Source of the DNA: Lophium mytilinum
Taxonomy: Eukaryota
Assembly (NCBI GenBank): GCA_010093605.1
Contig: MU004196.1
Coordinates: forward strand, 1,386,606 to 1,450,605
DNA length: 64,000 nt
Direction: 5' to 3'
Below, piece after piece: positions 1 through 12,223 of the stretch (position 1 is its first letter; the number at the start of each line of letters is the position of its first letter). A program made the translations under genes and the position numbers. The notes under the pieces are model-generated. The model made no database searches, was not told the origin of the DNA, and worked only from the letters and a program-made list of their open reading frames with translations.

Positions 1-191
1 GTCAACACCATCAGTGTCGGCCGCTCAACACCATCAGCGTCGCGTCGCTACAGTATCGCGACATCAAGTCATGTCACAAGCAGCACAACACCCAAGGCGA
101 GGACTGGTACAGACAGCAAGGCACGTCAATCACAGGCAAAGCACATCAACCGCAAGCAAGGCCTCAACCACAACCAAAAAAATCTGAAGCA

Positions 192-238
192 TTTCTTCTT
201 CAAGCACCCGCACAAGGCGAGCCACTCAATGAAAAAAG
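192..238 (-). ncRNA. Conserved hairpin motif copy 1 (CUUGU loop), putative structured RNA element
   Basis: Minus strand CTTTTTTCA-TTGAGT-G-G-CTCGC-CTTGT-GCGGG-T-GCTTGA-A-GAAGAAA. Same spacing as copies at 26481, 31097 and 31364, with compensatory stem changes. Function is inference. Confidence 0.55.
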
Positions 239-585
239 TAAGTAGGGCTGTATCCGACCCGGCGGATTCAGCAGACCATCAAGAGGGTCTGCCACAACTC
301 CTAACCGGGTACCATACACCACAGAGCTTGTTGAAAGCCCTGGGCGGTACCACCTACAACGTGTATTAGCGAGTCGAATTGCCAAAGAGGGAGGAGAAGG
401 GACTTATCTTTTTTCATTAGTGTTCCACGCTTTGTCGTTGAGACCGGCAAGTCTCCCTAGAGGAGACGAGTAGTTAGCCATTCTGTTTCAAAGACGAGCA
501 CGACCACGACTGACGATGCTGAAAAAAAGATTGTAGGTTCGAGGACTGGACCTGCTTATGTAGGAGAAATTCCGCCAAGACTTCT

Positions 586-618
586 GGATGACTCATCAAC
601 GCTACGTAGTTTAATCGG
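586..618. promoter_or_regulatory. Conserved ~30-bp box (GGATGACTCATCAACGCTACGTAGTTTAATCGG) containing a Gcn4/CpcA-type ATGACTCAT site
   Basis: Closely similar boxes at 26763-26791 and 31683-31714, each upstream (minus sense) of a hairpin copy. Confidence 0.5.
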
Positions 619-865
619 CTCCGTTCTGGACGTTTTAGATGAGGGGACAGGGTGCCAGGAACCAGTGAAGTTGGCGGGGTACCACTGGGTGGTAACCAGG
701 TGCCTGTCACATGATCACTGAAGCTTCGGCCACCCAAGACGTGCACAGCATTACCGAGAAATTAGAGACCTGTCCCATTAAGCCAGCCACCTCGCTTTCA
801 GCATTACCAAGAAGATACAATCCTGTTCTCCCAAGCCAGTCATCTCGTCCTCAGCATCCGGCACC

Positions 866-1395
866 ATGATCATCATCAAGTACGGCTACGACGAGCGCAG
901 CCGGCGAAGAATTGGCCGTCGAATTGACGAGATCATGGCCACTGAGTCTGCCGAGCCGCGATTCCTGTACGTCTAGCTTCCTTTTCGTACCATACCAAGT
1001 GCAGTTTGCTAACAGAAACGAAGCAGAGAGGCGAGTTTGATGCGCAGCGAGCACACCAAAGAAGAAGTCGAGATCCGTCGCCAGTGGAGGGCGGCCAAGA
1101 CGTACGGTAGATCCTGCAAGCCATAGTCTTATCACTCAACTAACGCATTTCCAGTGCGGAGCAGTGCCAGAACCGACTAGACACCAACATCAAGGAAGAG
1201 GAGAGCGGCGAAGGCCTTGCTGCTGCCATTGCAATGAAAGATCTCGGCGAATGGATTACCCCGCCTCCTCCATCACCACCTGCACGCTCAGCCGCCGAGT
1301 TGCTTTTGGCTCCGAGAGATGAGAGGTACGGGGGCGGAGAATGGTGTGTCGACGAAGCGGTGGAAAATGAGAATCCCTGGGAGGTCGTAGAATAG
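866..1395 (+). CDS. Hypothetical protein, ~138 aa, 3 exons (not in the ORF track)
   Basis: Exons 866-966, 1027-1101, 1155-1395. Introns GTACGT..GCTAAC..CAG (60 bp) and GTACGG..ACTAAC..CAG (53 bp). Splices to an open frame MIIIKYGYDERSRRR...EVEIRRQWRAAKT...ENPWEVVE*. Confidence 0.55.
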
Positions 1396-2187
1396 AGCGT
1401 AGCGTTCTAGTGACAAGGCGTCGTACCATTCTGTAAGCAAGGGAATAAGTGTAGAGAAAGTAGGCTGGCGGAGACGATAGTGTGATTTGAAGCTTGGAAC
1501 TGCCCGCGGCATCTGGAGCCTTTAGAATGTATGATTCTCGCAATCTTTTTGTGTGCCGCCCAAGCCTATTCTTTGACTACTCGCGGCTGCATTTTGGTGG
1601 GCGACGGAGACTCTGCAGGTGCTGAATTGTGATGCCTGAGATATCTATTGTGACTCTTTGACTGACGTTGAACCCCTCATTGTGGTCGAAGAAATTTCAA
1701 CCCCAAGGAAAATGAATCAGTCCATGTTTATTTGCGGTCATTAGGCCACTACAGACGGTTGCATCGTATTCACAGAGAGATGGTTCTATTCACAGGATCT
1801 GAAGTGTTGAGACGACTCGTATCTGGAAAAGAGTGGAATTGTGGTATCATTTTTCCAACGCCCGGACCCCATCTCAATTGAAGCAAAGTCTGAACCAATA
1901 GTGACGCCTTCCTATACTTTTCGACATGCCCCCCGATGGTATCACCCTTCTCCAAAGAGGTCTATCTGCTGGTCCAGAATGAAGATCTAGCGCTGAAGCG
2001 TCTAAGCTATATACTAGCTAGCAGCCGCGAAACCGAGCCCAAGAATCTGGCTGAGAAAGCGGCCATCGGAGAGGCAGACAACGACAGGCTGGAAGAATTG
2101 GTCCAGGAGGGCCAGACGACTCCATCTACAGCGTCAGCACTTGAGTAGCACAATGGTGATCTGGAGGCGACTACTCATCCCTTACGC

Positions 2188-2784
2188 TCAATGCCTAAAC
2201 AAGCCACGGGTACGTCCAGTCGTGGAGGGCACCTCCGGTTCCGCGAGGTAGAACTCATAATGCATAGGCGTCAGTCCCGCACCTCCGAAGTCTACGACAA
2301 GCTCCGAAAGCGCTGGGAGGCACCACTCGCGGTACCGATCAACGACGGGCTGCTCCAGAGAATACGCCACCGCGTCCACGAAGCCTTGGGCAGCGCGCTG
2401 GGAAATGGGCGTTAGCTTAAGTCGAGGGCTGATGAGAGGGAAGATACGTACTTCTTGAACTACCTCGGGGCTTAGCTCAACTACCATCTCCAGCCGCTTG
2501 AGGTGGTGCAGCCGGCTGGCCTTGAAAGGCTCAAGGTAGGAGGGTGACAGGTGCTGCCAATTGTCCTCGCCAGGGCCAAGAGTGACTCGCAGCAGTAGAG
2601 TGGTTCTGTCCGCTAGAGCGCCGCTTGCGATGTAAGAACGGAGTTCGCCCAGGATGACTTGTTGGAGGGTCTTGATCCGTTTTTCGACTGACAGAAGCCA
2701 GGATTCTCGATTCATGGCCGTGGGCGGGGGCATTGAGACGGGCGAAGGAGAGGGAGTGACGTAAAGTTGGGCGGGCATCATCAT
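2188..2784 (-). CDS. Unknown-family paralogue A (~180 aa)
   Basis: Exons 2784-2452 and 2397-2188. Phase-0 intron 2451-2398 (GTACGT..GCTAAC..CAG, 54 bp, in-frame and stopless). Motifs YLEPFKASRLHHLKRLEMVV and CLPALSELVVDF resemble paralogues B-H. Start codon uncertain. Confidence 0.6.
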   Translation of the reverse strand: MMMPAQLYVTPSPSPVSMPPPTAMNRESWLLSVEKRIKTLQQVILGELRSYIASGALADRTTLLLRVTLGPGEDNWQHLSPSYLEPFKASRLHHLKRLEMVVELSPEVVQEVRIFPLISPRLKLTPISQRAAQGFVDAVAYSLEQPVVDRYREWCLPALSELVVDFGGAGLTPMHYEFYLAEPEVPSTTGRTRGLFRH

Positions 2785-3281
2785 GGTTTCGGTAGGTGGC
2801 TTCTTGAGTGGAGAATCTCGAGGTGGTGGTTGTGGTGTAGCTGGAGACTTTGGTGAGAGTTCGTCTTCCGGAGAAGACACGTTTTCTTATTCAAGTTCAT
2901 TGTGAAGTGGTCATCAATTCAGCTGTGACACAAAGAATTTTCCTGAGGTCGACATCGCATACATCTTCCACGCTTGTAGATTCACCGTCGCGAATTGAAT
3001 CCTGCAGAGCTTGGATCAGAGAAGGCCTACCTTCATGAGCCTATCATACGGTTAAGAGATCTCCAGTTCTGGTTCAGGGGGTTTTGCTTTTGACATTCTG
3101 ATGCCAAATTACTCAGTATGTTCGGGGTCGTCTCACGAGCATTAGTTGAAGCGCAAATTCATGTGTTGTAGAACCAGATATTTGACGTCATGGTTGGACA
3201 AAACTTGAGAGAGCCCCAAAGCAAAGAAAACCAGGAAGAAGCACCAGACGCTGTCCAAATCCGGCGAAGCCACCCATCATC

Positions 3282-3889
3282 TCACACTGTAGAAACTTGC
3301 AAACCTTCTCTCCGGGCAGTATACTCCTGGGCGGCGGGGCTGACAGGGAGTGAAGACACTAGTGAAACAATTAGTATATGGTAATACAATTAACGGGGGG
3401 TATTTCTTACGCTTCTGGCTACCTGGCAACTTTTCCCAGGAGCCATCGTCGAGACGCTCGTAGACGGCGCACGCGATGTCATTGCGATCGCCCACATACG
3501 CGACAAGCGTCACATTGAGGCGCCGTAAGTTGGTGCTTATCTGCTGGCAACGGGCGGCGATGTTGGCTGCTTGCGGAAGTAGATAGACAGCAGACTGGAC
3601 ATCAAAGGCCATAGTCAGTGGAGTGCGCTGCAAAGAGTAATGTGGTATGCCTTACCAGACGGTCACTCGGTCTGTATGATACACGGATGGCCACCTCATA
3701 GGTGCGCGTGCTGCCCAGTTCTGCAAGCAAAGCCAAGTAGTCGTCCGCAGTTTGAGGGTCATTGGCCATGAACCCCACGTCGATGGCATCGCATTCCTTG
3801 GCTTCAGGAGTGGCCAACAACACGGCTAGCTGCTGTTCAGACAGGGCTTGGCCGTCGGGGGTGGCAAGCAGACCTGGATAGTTCGACAT
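3282..3889 (-). CDS. Unknown-family paralogue B (~164 aa, 3 exons)
   Basis: Exons 3889-3656, 3594-3411, 3358-3282. Phase-0 intron GTAAGG..ACTGAC..CAG (61 bp) and phase-1 intron GTAAGA..ACTAAT..TAG (52 bp). Motifs LSEQQLAVLLATP, TNLRRLNVTL, YERLDDGSW. Confidence 0.75.
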
Positions 3890-4239
3890 TTCGTCTGCTG
3901 TGGGCGTGGTTGAAGAGTTGGTGGAGTTGGCTTTCGTGGGCGGAGGAGGCGAGCGAGAGTTGTTGAAGACTGGTGCAGGCAGCTTCGAAATGTGTCCACG
4001 GTAGCAGAATAACAGCAGAACGCCATTGACGTGACGCACAATGTTTCGATATGATCTGTTAGCCGCGAGTAGGCGTCTCGGGTCTTCGGAAGCCGTAACT
4101 CTTTTCGCTAGACAGTCAAACTCTCCACCGCTCTACACGAACCTCCTCTCCAGCCTCCACAGCCAATTTTCATCCCACACAACCAACCAACGTACACAAC
4201 TCCTTCAAACCCACATAACCACACTCCATCACTCTCACA

Positions 4240-4785
4240 ATGGCTACCGACCGCGAGACTTGGGCCGTCGTCGACCGCGTCGAAGCCGGAACGATCCTCG
4301 ACCGCCCCGACCTCGAGAGGTTCCTCGACAGCGTGTACGCGAAGACCATCCGCACCGTGAAAGTCGCGTTCGAGCCCCTCTTCGAGGACGATGGCACCAG
4401 CATCCTCGACATCTTTCGTCGACTGAAGAGCGTTTCTGCCCGGCGTGTGGAGGCCACAGTCCACATGTTCGAGGCCCAGGACAAGGTATGCAGTTCGAAT
4501 GTCTCGCCTGTCTACCGATGCTGACCTGTCTGTTCCTAGTTCCTGACCGTGTACCTTCCCTATAGCGCCGACTATGTCGAGGATGTCGCGAGAGAGATGG
4601 GCCCCAACCTGGCATCGTTGAGACTGACCCTGGTTAGAGAGGTCCCCGACGGGTATCGCTATGAGGCCTGGGCAGAGTATGAGCGCCGAGACGCGGGGTG
4701 GATGCAGATTAGGAATCTCGACGGCTCTCCATGGCATATGGTTGGCATGGGACCCGAGCGTGCTGCGGTAGATCTTTTGAGATAG
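4240..4785 (+). CDS. Unknown-family paralogue C (163 aa), divergent from B
   Basis: Exons 4240-4485 and 4540-4785. Phase-0 intron GTATGC..GCTGAC..TAG (54 bp). Motifs GPNLASLRLTL, YERRDAGW. Confidence 0.8.
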
Positions 4786-5748
4786 AGCGACTATGGCAAG
4801 GGTGGAGGGAAAGAAGCAGTGAAGATAGACAATGAGGCAGCACGATGTTCAGGGCGGGGTGCAGTGTGTGGAGTTGGCCCGAAGAGTGCGTGCAGCGATT
4901 GTTCCAAATACCAGATTCTCTTCTCCTTACACCACTTGAATGTGTCCTAACATGCAGCTGAAGTAGTGAACATGTATGCTCACGACCAGATGCTGTAGAT
5001 TCGCACTATTGTTGTTTTTTGTCTAATTTAGAGACACATACTCGGCGATCTGCTCACCACCCGCCTATTCTACTGTGCAAGCCGAAGGATTTGCTCGATT
5101 GTTACCGCTGTTGGAGTGCCTCCAATATGCCCAGAACCCTCCAGACAGACGCTACTGACGCCAGTCCCTGGATAAGGGGATGGGCTACTTGAATTGTGCC
5201 TTCAAAAGATTTTGCAATCATCTTACATGGCCCCTGGAATGCAGTCTTCTGCCAGATGTTTTTGCTCGCCATTAGACACCGTTAGAGTTACCCCAGCCCA
5301 TCGTCAAAATGACAAAAAATGCAGATATTCAGACATTTTGAATCAGAAGAGCTTACAGGCCCGAAGTTCTGGACTAAGATAGCCACTCGTGACCCTTCAG
5401 GACATTATCTAAATAAATGGAAGGGATGTCAAAGACCGGCGGCTGAATCTTGAGTGCTAACGCCAGCCTGGAGAAATCATGTTGGAAAACAGGGCTGTAG
5501 TCATTCGCTGGGTCAAGATTTCTATTAGAGAGGTCTTTACGCCTTCAATCTTTCTGTCTGCCTATTTCAAGTGGTCACGTTCGTGACTTCGAGAAGTGTT
5601 CATCTCGATATGTCCAGGGGTGTCACACGAGGATTTGGATACGCGCAGGAAGTCCATTTGAGTCTGATGATTTGTGAATCCCTTCTATGGCGACGATGTA
5701 TTGGAGCAAAAGAAGCAAACAATGGCTTGTGTTCCTGCAACCAACTCT

Positions 5749-6357
5749 CTAGGCGGAGCTTGTGGAGGGAAGCAATGGATCTTCCGTCGCCGTTAGTGAA
5801 GTACAGAGATGAATTGTAGAAACTACTCACGTTTGAGTGTCTTAGTATCCAGCTCCCAGGCGCCTTCCCCAATTCGCTCATAATCCGCGAAGGTGGTCTG
5901 GACAATGCCAATTTTGAAGCCCACGAGGGTTATGGTGAGTCGTCTCAGATTCGGACCTATTGTGGCGAGAAGCTGAGTCATTGGGCCCTTTGGTTCTCTG
6001 AAGGGGAGTAGGTCCAAAGTCATCTGTGTGCATCAGTCGCTGGTCTAGCATGTAGATAAGAGGTGGGTTGCGTACGATGTCCCTGTCGGCTGGGTATTCG
6101 ATTTGAATGACCAACTCCCAGATATACTTGCTATTCATGCTTTCGAAGAGACGCAAGTAGTCCCTGGCGCACGTAAGGTCGTCTATCAAAATTTTGACCT
6201 TGACGGTTTGTAAACCTTTTGCCAATGGAGTTGCCAGGTACACTGCGGCCTGCTGCTGGGTGAGAAGATTGCGATTGGATGCGGCTAGCAATACAGCTTC
6301 TACGGAGAGGGGGTCGCCTCTGGTTAAGGGAGCGGAGGGGTTCGCTGAGCTGGCCAT
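5749..6357 (-). CDS. Unknown-family paralogue D (~160-168 aa)
   Basis: Exons 6357-6076 and 6023-5831, probable exon 3 at 5780-5749. Phase-0 intron GTACGC..ACTGAT..CAG (52 bp). Probable phase-1 intron GTGAGT..ACTAAC..AAG (50 bp) at the same codon as in B. Motifs LTQQQAAVYLATP, GPNLRRLTITL, YERIGEGAW. Confidence 0.75.
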
Positions 6358-7129
6358 CGTGCTTTGAAAGTTTTGGTTTGGCTTGCAAGGGGTGAGACCT
6401 TGATGGGAGATGTGATGCTGGAAGACCAGGTTGTACCCTCTGGAAGAGAGCGAAGGCGAACATTTTGTACATACGTGCGTAACCTGATTGCTAGCAGCTT
6501 GCTAGCATCGTTGCTTGCTGTAAGTGATTGCTCTAGTCCAACGTAGTCACGGCCACGAGGTCTCATGACCGCGTAAAAGCAGCAAGTCCGCGATGATTAC
6601 CGTCAATAGGGGGGTTGCACGTAGATCCAGACTTCGAGAATCAAAGCGTAGGAACCAAACTATCGTCATAGCTACTTTGACTACGTTTTACCGCTGTTTG
6701 TGGGGTCTCAAGGCACTCTCACGAATCTGAGGTGGGGGGGCATCTGCCGGCTTGAATGCTAGGGTGTGGATCTCCAGAATACGGACACGAGCTCGGGGCC
6801 GCCGATTCGATTCAGCACCTTAAGCTCTTTACATCATAGATCCCCTGGATTTAGTAGGTTCGGAGGTGCTTAAAGGGTATAACAAGAACGCCAAAGCGCC
6901 TGCCTCAATATAGAACATGTTGCTCTTTACATTATAGGATGTTTATATGAATATGTGCGGGGGTATTTTAGAATGATGAACACCCCGCCAGATTTATGTA
7001 GAAATACAGTAAAGTTCCAAACTAAAGATATAACAACATAGACTATTACCGGACGGAGCGTTGCTCTCGAGCATTACAGCTAGGCCACAACAAAACATTG
7101 AGAAGAGGAGACTTTGTGCTATTCGGACA

Positions 7130-7350
7130 CTATAATTACAAGTACAAATACAAACAAAGTTACAAAAGCAACGCAAAAACGCCCCCAACGCCCACACAAA
7201 ACCCACAAAAGTACAAATACAGACGGAATTACAAAAGCAGAAAGGACTAACGCCCCAACGCCAGCAAAAAACCCCACAAAAGTACAAATACAAACAAAAA
7301 TACAAGAAAAGACAGAAGCTCCCCCAACACCCACGCAAACCCACAAAAAG
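7130..7350. repeat. A/C-rich tandem repeat, ~70-bp unit, ~3 copies
   Basis: AAGTACAAATAC recurs at about 7140, 7209 and 7279, with CCCCAACRCC..AAACCCACAAAA between. A related unit occurs at about 22668-22706. Confidence 0.75.
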
Positions 7351-7369
7351 ACCACACCACGCAGAGTCT

Positions 7370-7575
7370 GACGAGCAAGTCGTAACAATCCCGAGTCTAA
7401 AAGCAACAATGTTAGTATTTAAACCACCAAAACAAGCATCATTGGAGCATTTACGAGTAAATCAGCAGATCCAACCCCGTGCAGTCATGACGAGCAAGTC
7501 GTAACAACCCCAAGCCTAGAAGCAACAATGTTAATATATATAAAGCCAAAACATGTAACATTGGGGCATTTACCA
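7370..7575. repeat. Local direct duplication (~85 bp, two copies ~120 bp apart)
   Basis: GACGAGCAAGTCGTAACAA..AGCAACAATGTTA..CCAAAACA..CATTGG.GCATTTAC at about 7370 and 7488. Confidence 0.75.
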
Positions 7576-7699
7576 TTGAACCCATCGTTAGCCCTCGAGT
7601 CGGAGAATCGGATGACAAGAAAATCGGCAGATCCACTAGTGCTCACAATGTTAACATAATGCCGTCACAAATGATACAATTGCTTCATGATACGGTACC

Positions 7700-8197
7700 T
7701 CAGAGCTCCTCGTCTAAGACAGGGTAGCCGGCCTCCGGCAGGCCACCCACTGCGCACGCACGGCGGTGCATCAAGCCGCAGTGCGCGCACACCCACGCCC
7801 TCTCACCCCAGGGGTCGTCCCGGGATAAGAGCCCCATCAACTTCCATTTGGAACGAGATCGGGAGGGGAACCAGAGACGGCTCCGCCTAGCGTGGGGGTC
7901 GTCACCTCCCAGGACCTCCCCCAAGGCCTGGTGGTTGGTGACGGCCAAGGTGGCCTGCGCGGTCGGGGGGAGGTGGTCGCGGATCATCCTCCAAATCTCG
8001 GAGGGCATGCCTTCGAGGGTGGCGGCGGCGCGACCGGAAGGGGGGAGGTCGGCCTTGAGCTCGGCCATGGCGGCGCTGGCGTCGGCGGAGGCGGGAGTGG
8101 AGGAGAAGGAGCTGACGGCGGGAGCAGACGCGGAGGCAGAGGCGGCGGCAGACGCGGAGGCAGAGGCAGAGACGACGGCAGAGGGAGAGGCAGTCAT
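7700..8197 (-). CDS. Small F-box-like protein with a C-x2-C-x3-H motif (165 aa)
   Basis: LEGMPSEIWRMIRDHLPPTAQATLAVTNH fits the F-box pattern. LLSRDDPW...WVCAHCGLMH resembles the segment that follows the F-box in many fungal F-box proteins. Ala/Ser-rich N-terminus. Confidence 0.65.
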   Translation of the reverse strand: MTASPSAVVSASASASAAASASASAPAVSSFSSTPASADASAAMAELKADLPPSGRAAATLEGMPSEIWRMIRDHLPPTAQATLAVTNHQALGEVLGGDDPHARRSRLWFPSRSRSKWKLMGLLSRDDPWGERAWVCAHCGLMHRRACAVGGLPEAGYPVLDEEL

Positions 8198-8843
8198 TTT
8201 GAGTGAGTTTGGTGGTTTATTGGGTGATTAATCAGGGTCTGATGTGGCCGTTGTGCGCTGGTGTTGTCCTGATGGAGCAAGTGTCACAACATCGGTCTAA
8301 TCACTTCACGCGCACTGACCATACGTTAGACCCACACACATCTTGACCCACCAAATATTCGCTCGATAGTATCTAGATCCCGAATGACCAACATCATGTA
8401 CCACTTGCTGGACCCAGATCAGCTCTGTCCCTTTAAGCTGACCTCCAGAACGAGGCTATTTGCGAGGTCAATGACCCGGAGGATCATGCTTTAGGAAGCC
8501 ATATGTATGCGCCCGTTTGCCAACGTTTGAGGTGGATTAGCATGCTTTTAGCACCGTCAATATGGCAGGCATGTGTTCTTCTCACTAGTCTGAAGCACTT
8601 CAAACGGTGGCAGGATGGTGTCAACGAGTTCACGGCCAGGTAATGCATTCAGGAAGGGGGCAGATTGATAGCTAAAACTCGCTCCGTGTAAGCACAATCA
8701 TCTACTTGATAGCTCCATATTCGCCGGATAACTCGAATCAGTTGAGCAGTCACCTGGCTACCCAGAAGGCGCTTCCTTCCTCTAGGTTCAAGGACAAGAT
8801 CTGACTTAGAAGGCAGCAGAATGCAGTGACCGCGTTACCCCAG

Positions 8844-9486
8844 CTACTCAGGGTGAGAAAACTTCTCCGAAAGATTGTTCATGATGGCGAGTTTGGCACC
8901 GCGGGCCCGGGAGAGGTTGCGCTCGAGGAAAGACGTCGGGTTTCGTACGACAATCCACTTGTCCGAGAAAACACGGCGACGCATGGCGCGGGTTTTCGAG
9001 TCATGGTCGACGCCTTCGCCGCCGCTCATGTGAACAGTGATCTCATAGAGGCGCTTGCAACTTCTGCTCTTGATGAGTCGTTCGACGTCGTCCGGCGCGG
9101 GCAGAAGGGAGCGGAAGTGGATTCGATTGTGGCCTTGTTGGCGACGAATCTATCGCTTCTGTTAGTAGGTTGTTTCTCTGCAGGCAGGGCTGTGGACTCT
9201 AATGTACTTGCTGCTCGCCCTGCTGGTCGAGGACGTAGTGCAACTCTGCCTTACCGAGGCGGCAGCAGTGTCTGAGGGGCAGGAGGCGGGTGTAGGGGCG
9301 CGGATCGTGGTCGACGTAGACTTTGACGAACGCGGAAAGCTGCTCTCGATGGACGCCGGTGGCTCGCAAGTAACCGCTGAGGGTGCAGACTTGGACAGGC
9401 ACGTTGGTCTCAATGCAGCGTTCGATGAAGTCGAGGTTGTCCTCCGCATTGCTTGGTGGCGGGCCAGACGGGAAGGGGGCGGACAT
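8844..9486 (-). CDS. Unknown-family paralogue E (~194 aa)
   Basis: Exons 9486-9208 and 9149-8844. Phase-0 intron GTACAT..ACTAAC..TAG (58 bp). Exon 2 IRRQQGHNRIHFRSLLPAPDDVERLIKSRSCKRLYEITVHM...SDKWIVVRN aligns with paralogue F. Confidence 0.65.
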
Positions 9487-10035
9487 TGTAGAGGTATGGG
9501 CCAAGGGAAGTGACACTTGGAAGGGCAGCTAAAGAGCGGTTCGGAAACGCTTCCTGTGGGTGGGCGGCGAAGGGAGACGTCTGCGCGCAAAATCGAGAGG
9601 GCTTTCACGTGCCAAACTTGCACCAAAACGAAACTCCTAGAACATGGATTACACCACCGTAACTCTAGAGAGTACGAACTCCAAAGATTCTTCAACATCA
9701 TGCATCACCAACAAGCTGGGTTGGGTTGGAGTTCCATGTAGAATTTCAAGGTATGAGAAACCCCATAGCGCGCCCCTGCCAGCGCCATCACCTCAGCCAA
9801 AACCCCACAATAGCCAGCTGATTGAAAGCCCCATATATCTATATACCGTTTCCGATCCTAGATCTGCCGCAAAACCCGCCATCTTTGCCGAGATGTGAAA
9901 AGATCTTGAAGACAGCTCGCAGGGAGGAGGCCGGAGTCAGAACGTTGGCGAATCCCTAGAGATATAGCTATTACCCCTGGCTTTGATATCAAGCAATCCA
10001 CAACATACCTTCACCGTCAATCTGAGAAAGATCAG

Positions 10036-10656
10036 CTATCGCCTCCCAAACCTAACCTGTCGCACCGACTTCTTGACCGCCTTGACCAACCTCGCGAAGC
10101 CCTTCTTCGGCTTCAGGTACCGCACCTGGACCCACTCGCCGTCGTCCTGATGTCGACGGAACGATGCCCGAGCTGTGACCCCACGACTTTCGCGGATGAG
10201 GATGGAGAGTGTGGCTAGATTGGGCGCACACTGGCGCACCATTCCCTCGACTTCTGCAAGGGTGGGAAGGAGGTAGCGAGCCGGTTCACGCAGCAAGATC
10301 CGGTCACGGAAGGTCTAATATATGCGGTCAGTTTGATGCGTATTGAAGAAGCTCTCAAGTCGGCTCACCTTTAGATCTTTGGAGGTGTAGAGCCATAGTT
10401 TTAGGTGCTCGAGATCTCTACAGCTCAGATTGGCACCCAGATCTTCCAGGTAGTCCCTAGCGCTTAGAATGCCGTCGGCAGAGATCTTGAGCTCGATTCG
10501 GCGCAGGAACGAGATGGCCGTCGCCTTGCGGCAAAGCTGGCGAAATTCTCCTCGACTGAAGATGCACTCGGCGTTTGTGAGGATGAGGGCGGGGCCGTCG
10601 TGGGGGATGTCGTTTAGGCCTTCGATAAGGTTCAGTTCGAAGGATGCATAGGCCAT
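10036..10656 (-). CDS. Unknown-family paralogue F (188 aa)
   Basis: Exons 10656-10369 and 10314-10036. Phase-0 intron GTGAGC..ACTGAC..TAG (54 bp). Motifs ARDYLEDL, YLLPT, APNLATLSILI, FRRHQDDGEW. Confidence 0.8.
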
Positions 10657-11149
10657 GGTGTTGGGGGTGGTGTAGGATTGAGTTTGTCACGGATGAGGTT
10701 TGACAAAGTTCAATGCGAGTTGAAGTAGGCCAGACGGCGATGTTAGGGAAGGAGTGAAGTGGAAGAGTGAAGGTGGGCCTGCTTGGATCTCTATCGGAAT
10801 TCAAGGAGGACAGGGGCTAGAAACGGCTGAAGCACGTTACCCCATCCAAAATCGAATAGTTATGATACCGATTTTGTAATTAAATTGCCTTGAGGGTAAG
10901 GAAAGTCACTACTCTTGGACAGGCATACGGAGTAAAAGCTTGAGGTAATTCAATGGCTTTGGCGTGTAAGGTTCAAATTCGCGCCCTCAATCGTAAACTC
11001 ATAATATATCTCTATCTCTCCTCTTACCCTTATCTGTGGTCCCTTGAGATGCATCTACAGATTTGGTTTATAGAAAAAGTCTTCGTGCTAATTGTTGCTA
11101 GATTCTGTGTACTATATATGACTGTTTGTTTTAATATTGAAATCTAGTA

Positions 11150-12100
11150 CGAGATATCGCAATTCCAATTCGGACTCTCCAAACATAGTTTCGAAGTTCA
11201 TGTATGTATGAAGGCAGAGGACACCTCAAACACCAGGAAGTACCGAGAAAAGGATGCCAAAAAGACATGCCTATTCAGAACAGGATGTAACATAGCTCCG
11301 TTTCCGACTCCGCACACATGTCTTGACGTTGGATTTCGCGTGACGGATAGGGCACCTCAAACAGCAGGATGTAGCCGGAAAAAGAAGTGGATAGGTCATG
11401 CTGGATTAGATTTAGAGGTAGAAAGAAGGCGTATATCACTGAAAGGTCGCATGTTTCCCATTTAGACTGTCCCAAACCTGTATTCGATATCAGATTTTTG
11501 TTGGAGGGTCTGAGCCATCTCAAACAGCAGGATATACCTGGGAAAGGCAGCGATCGAACAGTGCTCTTTGGAAGGCAGTAAGAAAGAAGCGTTGTAATGC
11601 GATGAAATCACCTATTTCCAATTCGGACTCTCCCAAAAAAGTCTCACACGTCAAATCCCACCGGAGGGCTGGAGCCACTTCAAACGACAGGATAGGCTTG
11701 GAAAAGGAACCGATGAAGTCGTGCTCATTGAGAGTCATGAAAAAAACATTCTTATATCTCTACCCATATTGCTAACAGGCGACATGGCCCAAATTCAGGC
11801 TGTCCAAGGATAAGTCTCCGACCTCATGTGTCGCCTGGAGGATGAGGGCACCTTAAACAGCAGGATATAGTTGGAAAACGAAGTGCAAAGGTCATGTAAA
11901 CTGAGAACGAGGCCGAATAAAGTCTTATATGCATACCCATATTGCTTAAGAGCAATACGACTCTAATCCAAACCCTTTAACGCATGTCTTCCATGTCAAA
12001 TTCGGCCTGAGGACTGAGGGCCCCTCAAACGGCAGGATACACATCGCAAAGGAATCGGACGAGTCAAGCATATCAGGAGGTAGAGGGAGAGAAGTATAAT
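11150..12100. repeat. Degenerate tandem repeat, ~160-173-bp unit, ~6 copies
   Basis: Anchor GGGCACCTCAAACAGCAGGAT (with variants) at about 11227, 11358, 11521, 11681, 11854 and 12026. Confidence 0.7.
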
Positions 12101-12223
12101 ATCATAGCCCATTCAGGCGCCTGACTCCGGCTCTAAATCTAGTGATTCCCGCAAAGGCTTCCTAGAACAACCGCCGCCCACCGTCCAATCTACTCCCCTA
12201 CTCCGCTGCAGCGTCTACAGCAG

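Noticed and set aside
409..445. Possible fifth, inverted hairpin copy (TTTTTTCATTAGTGTTCCACG-CTTTGT-CGTTG)
   Set aside because: The loop is one base longer and the stems pair poorly. It needs a covariance-model score before it can be counted.
6994..7409. Hydrophobic/Cys-rich ORFs on both strands
   Set aside because: Artefacts of the A/C-rich tandem repeat.
7377..7507. AAGTCGTAACAA matches the conserved 3' end of SSU rRNA (twice)
   Set aside because: Only 12 nt, with no flanking rRNA sequence. It is part of a local duplication.
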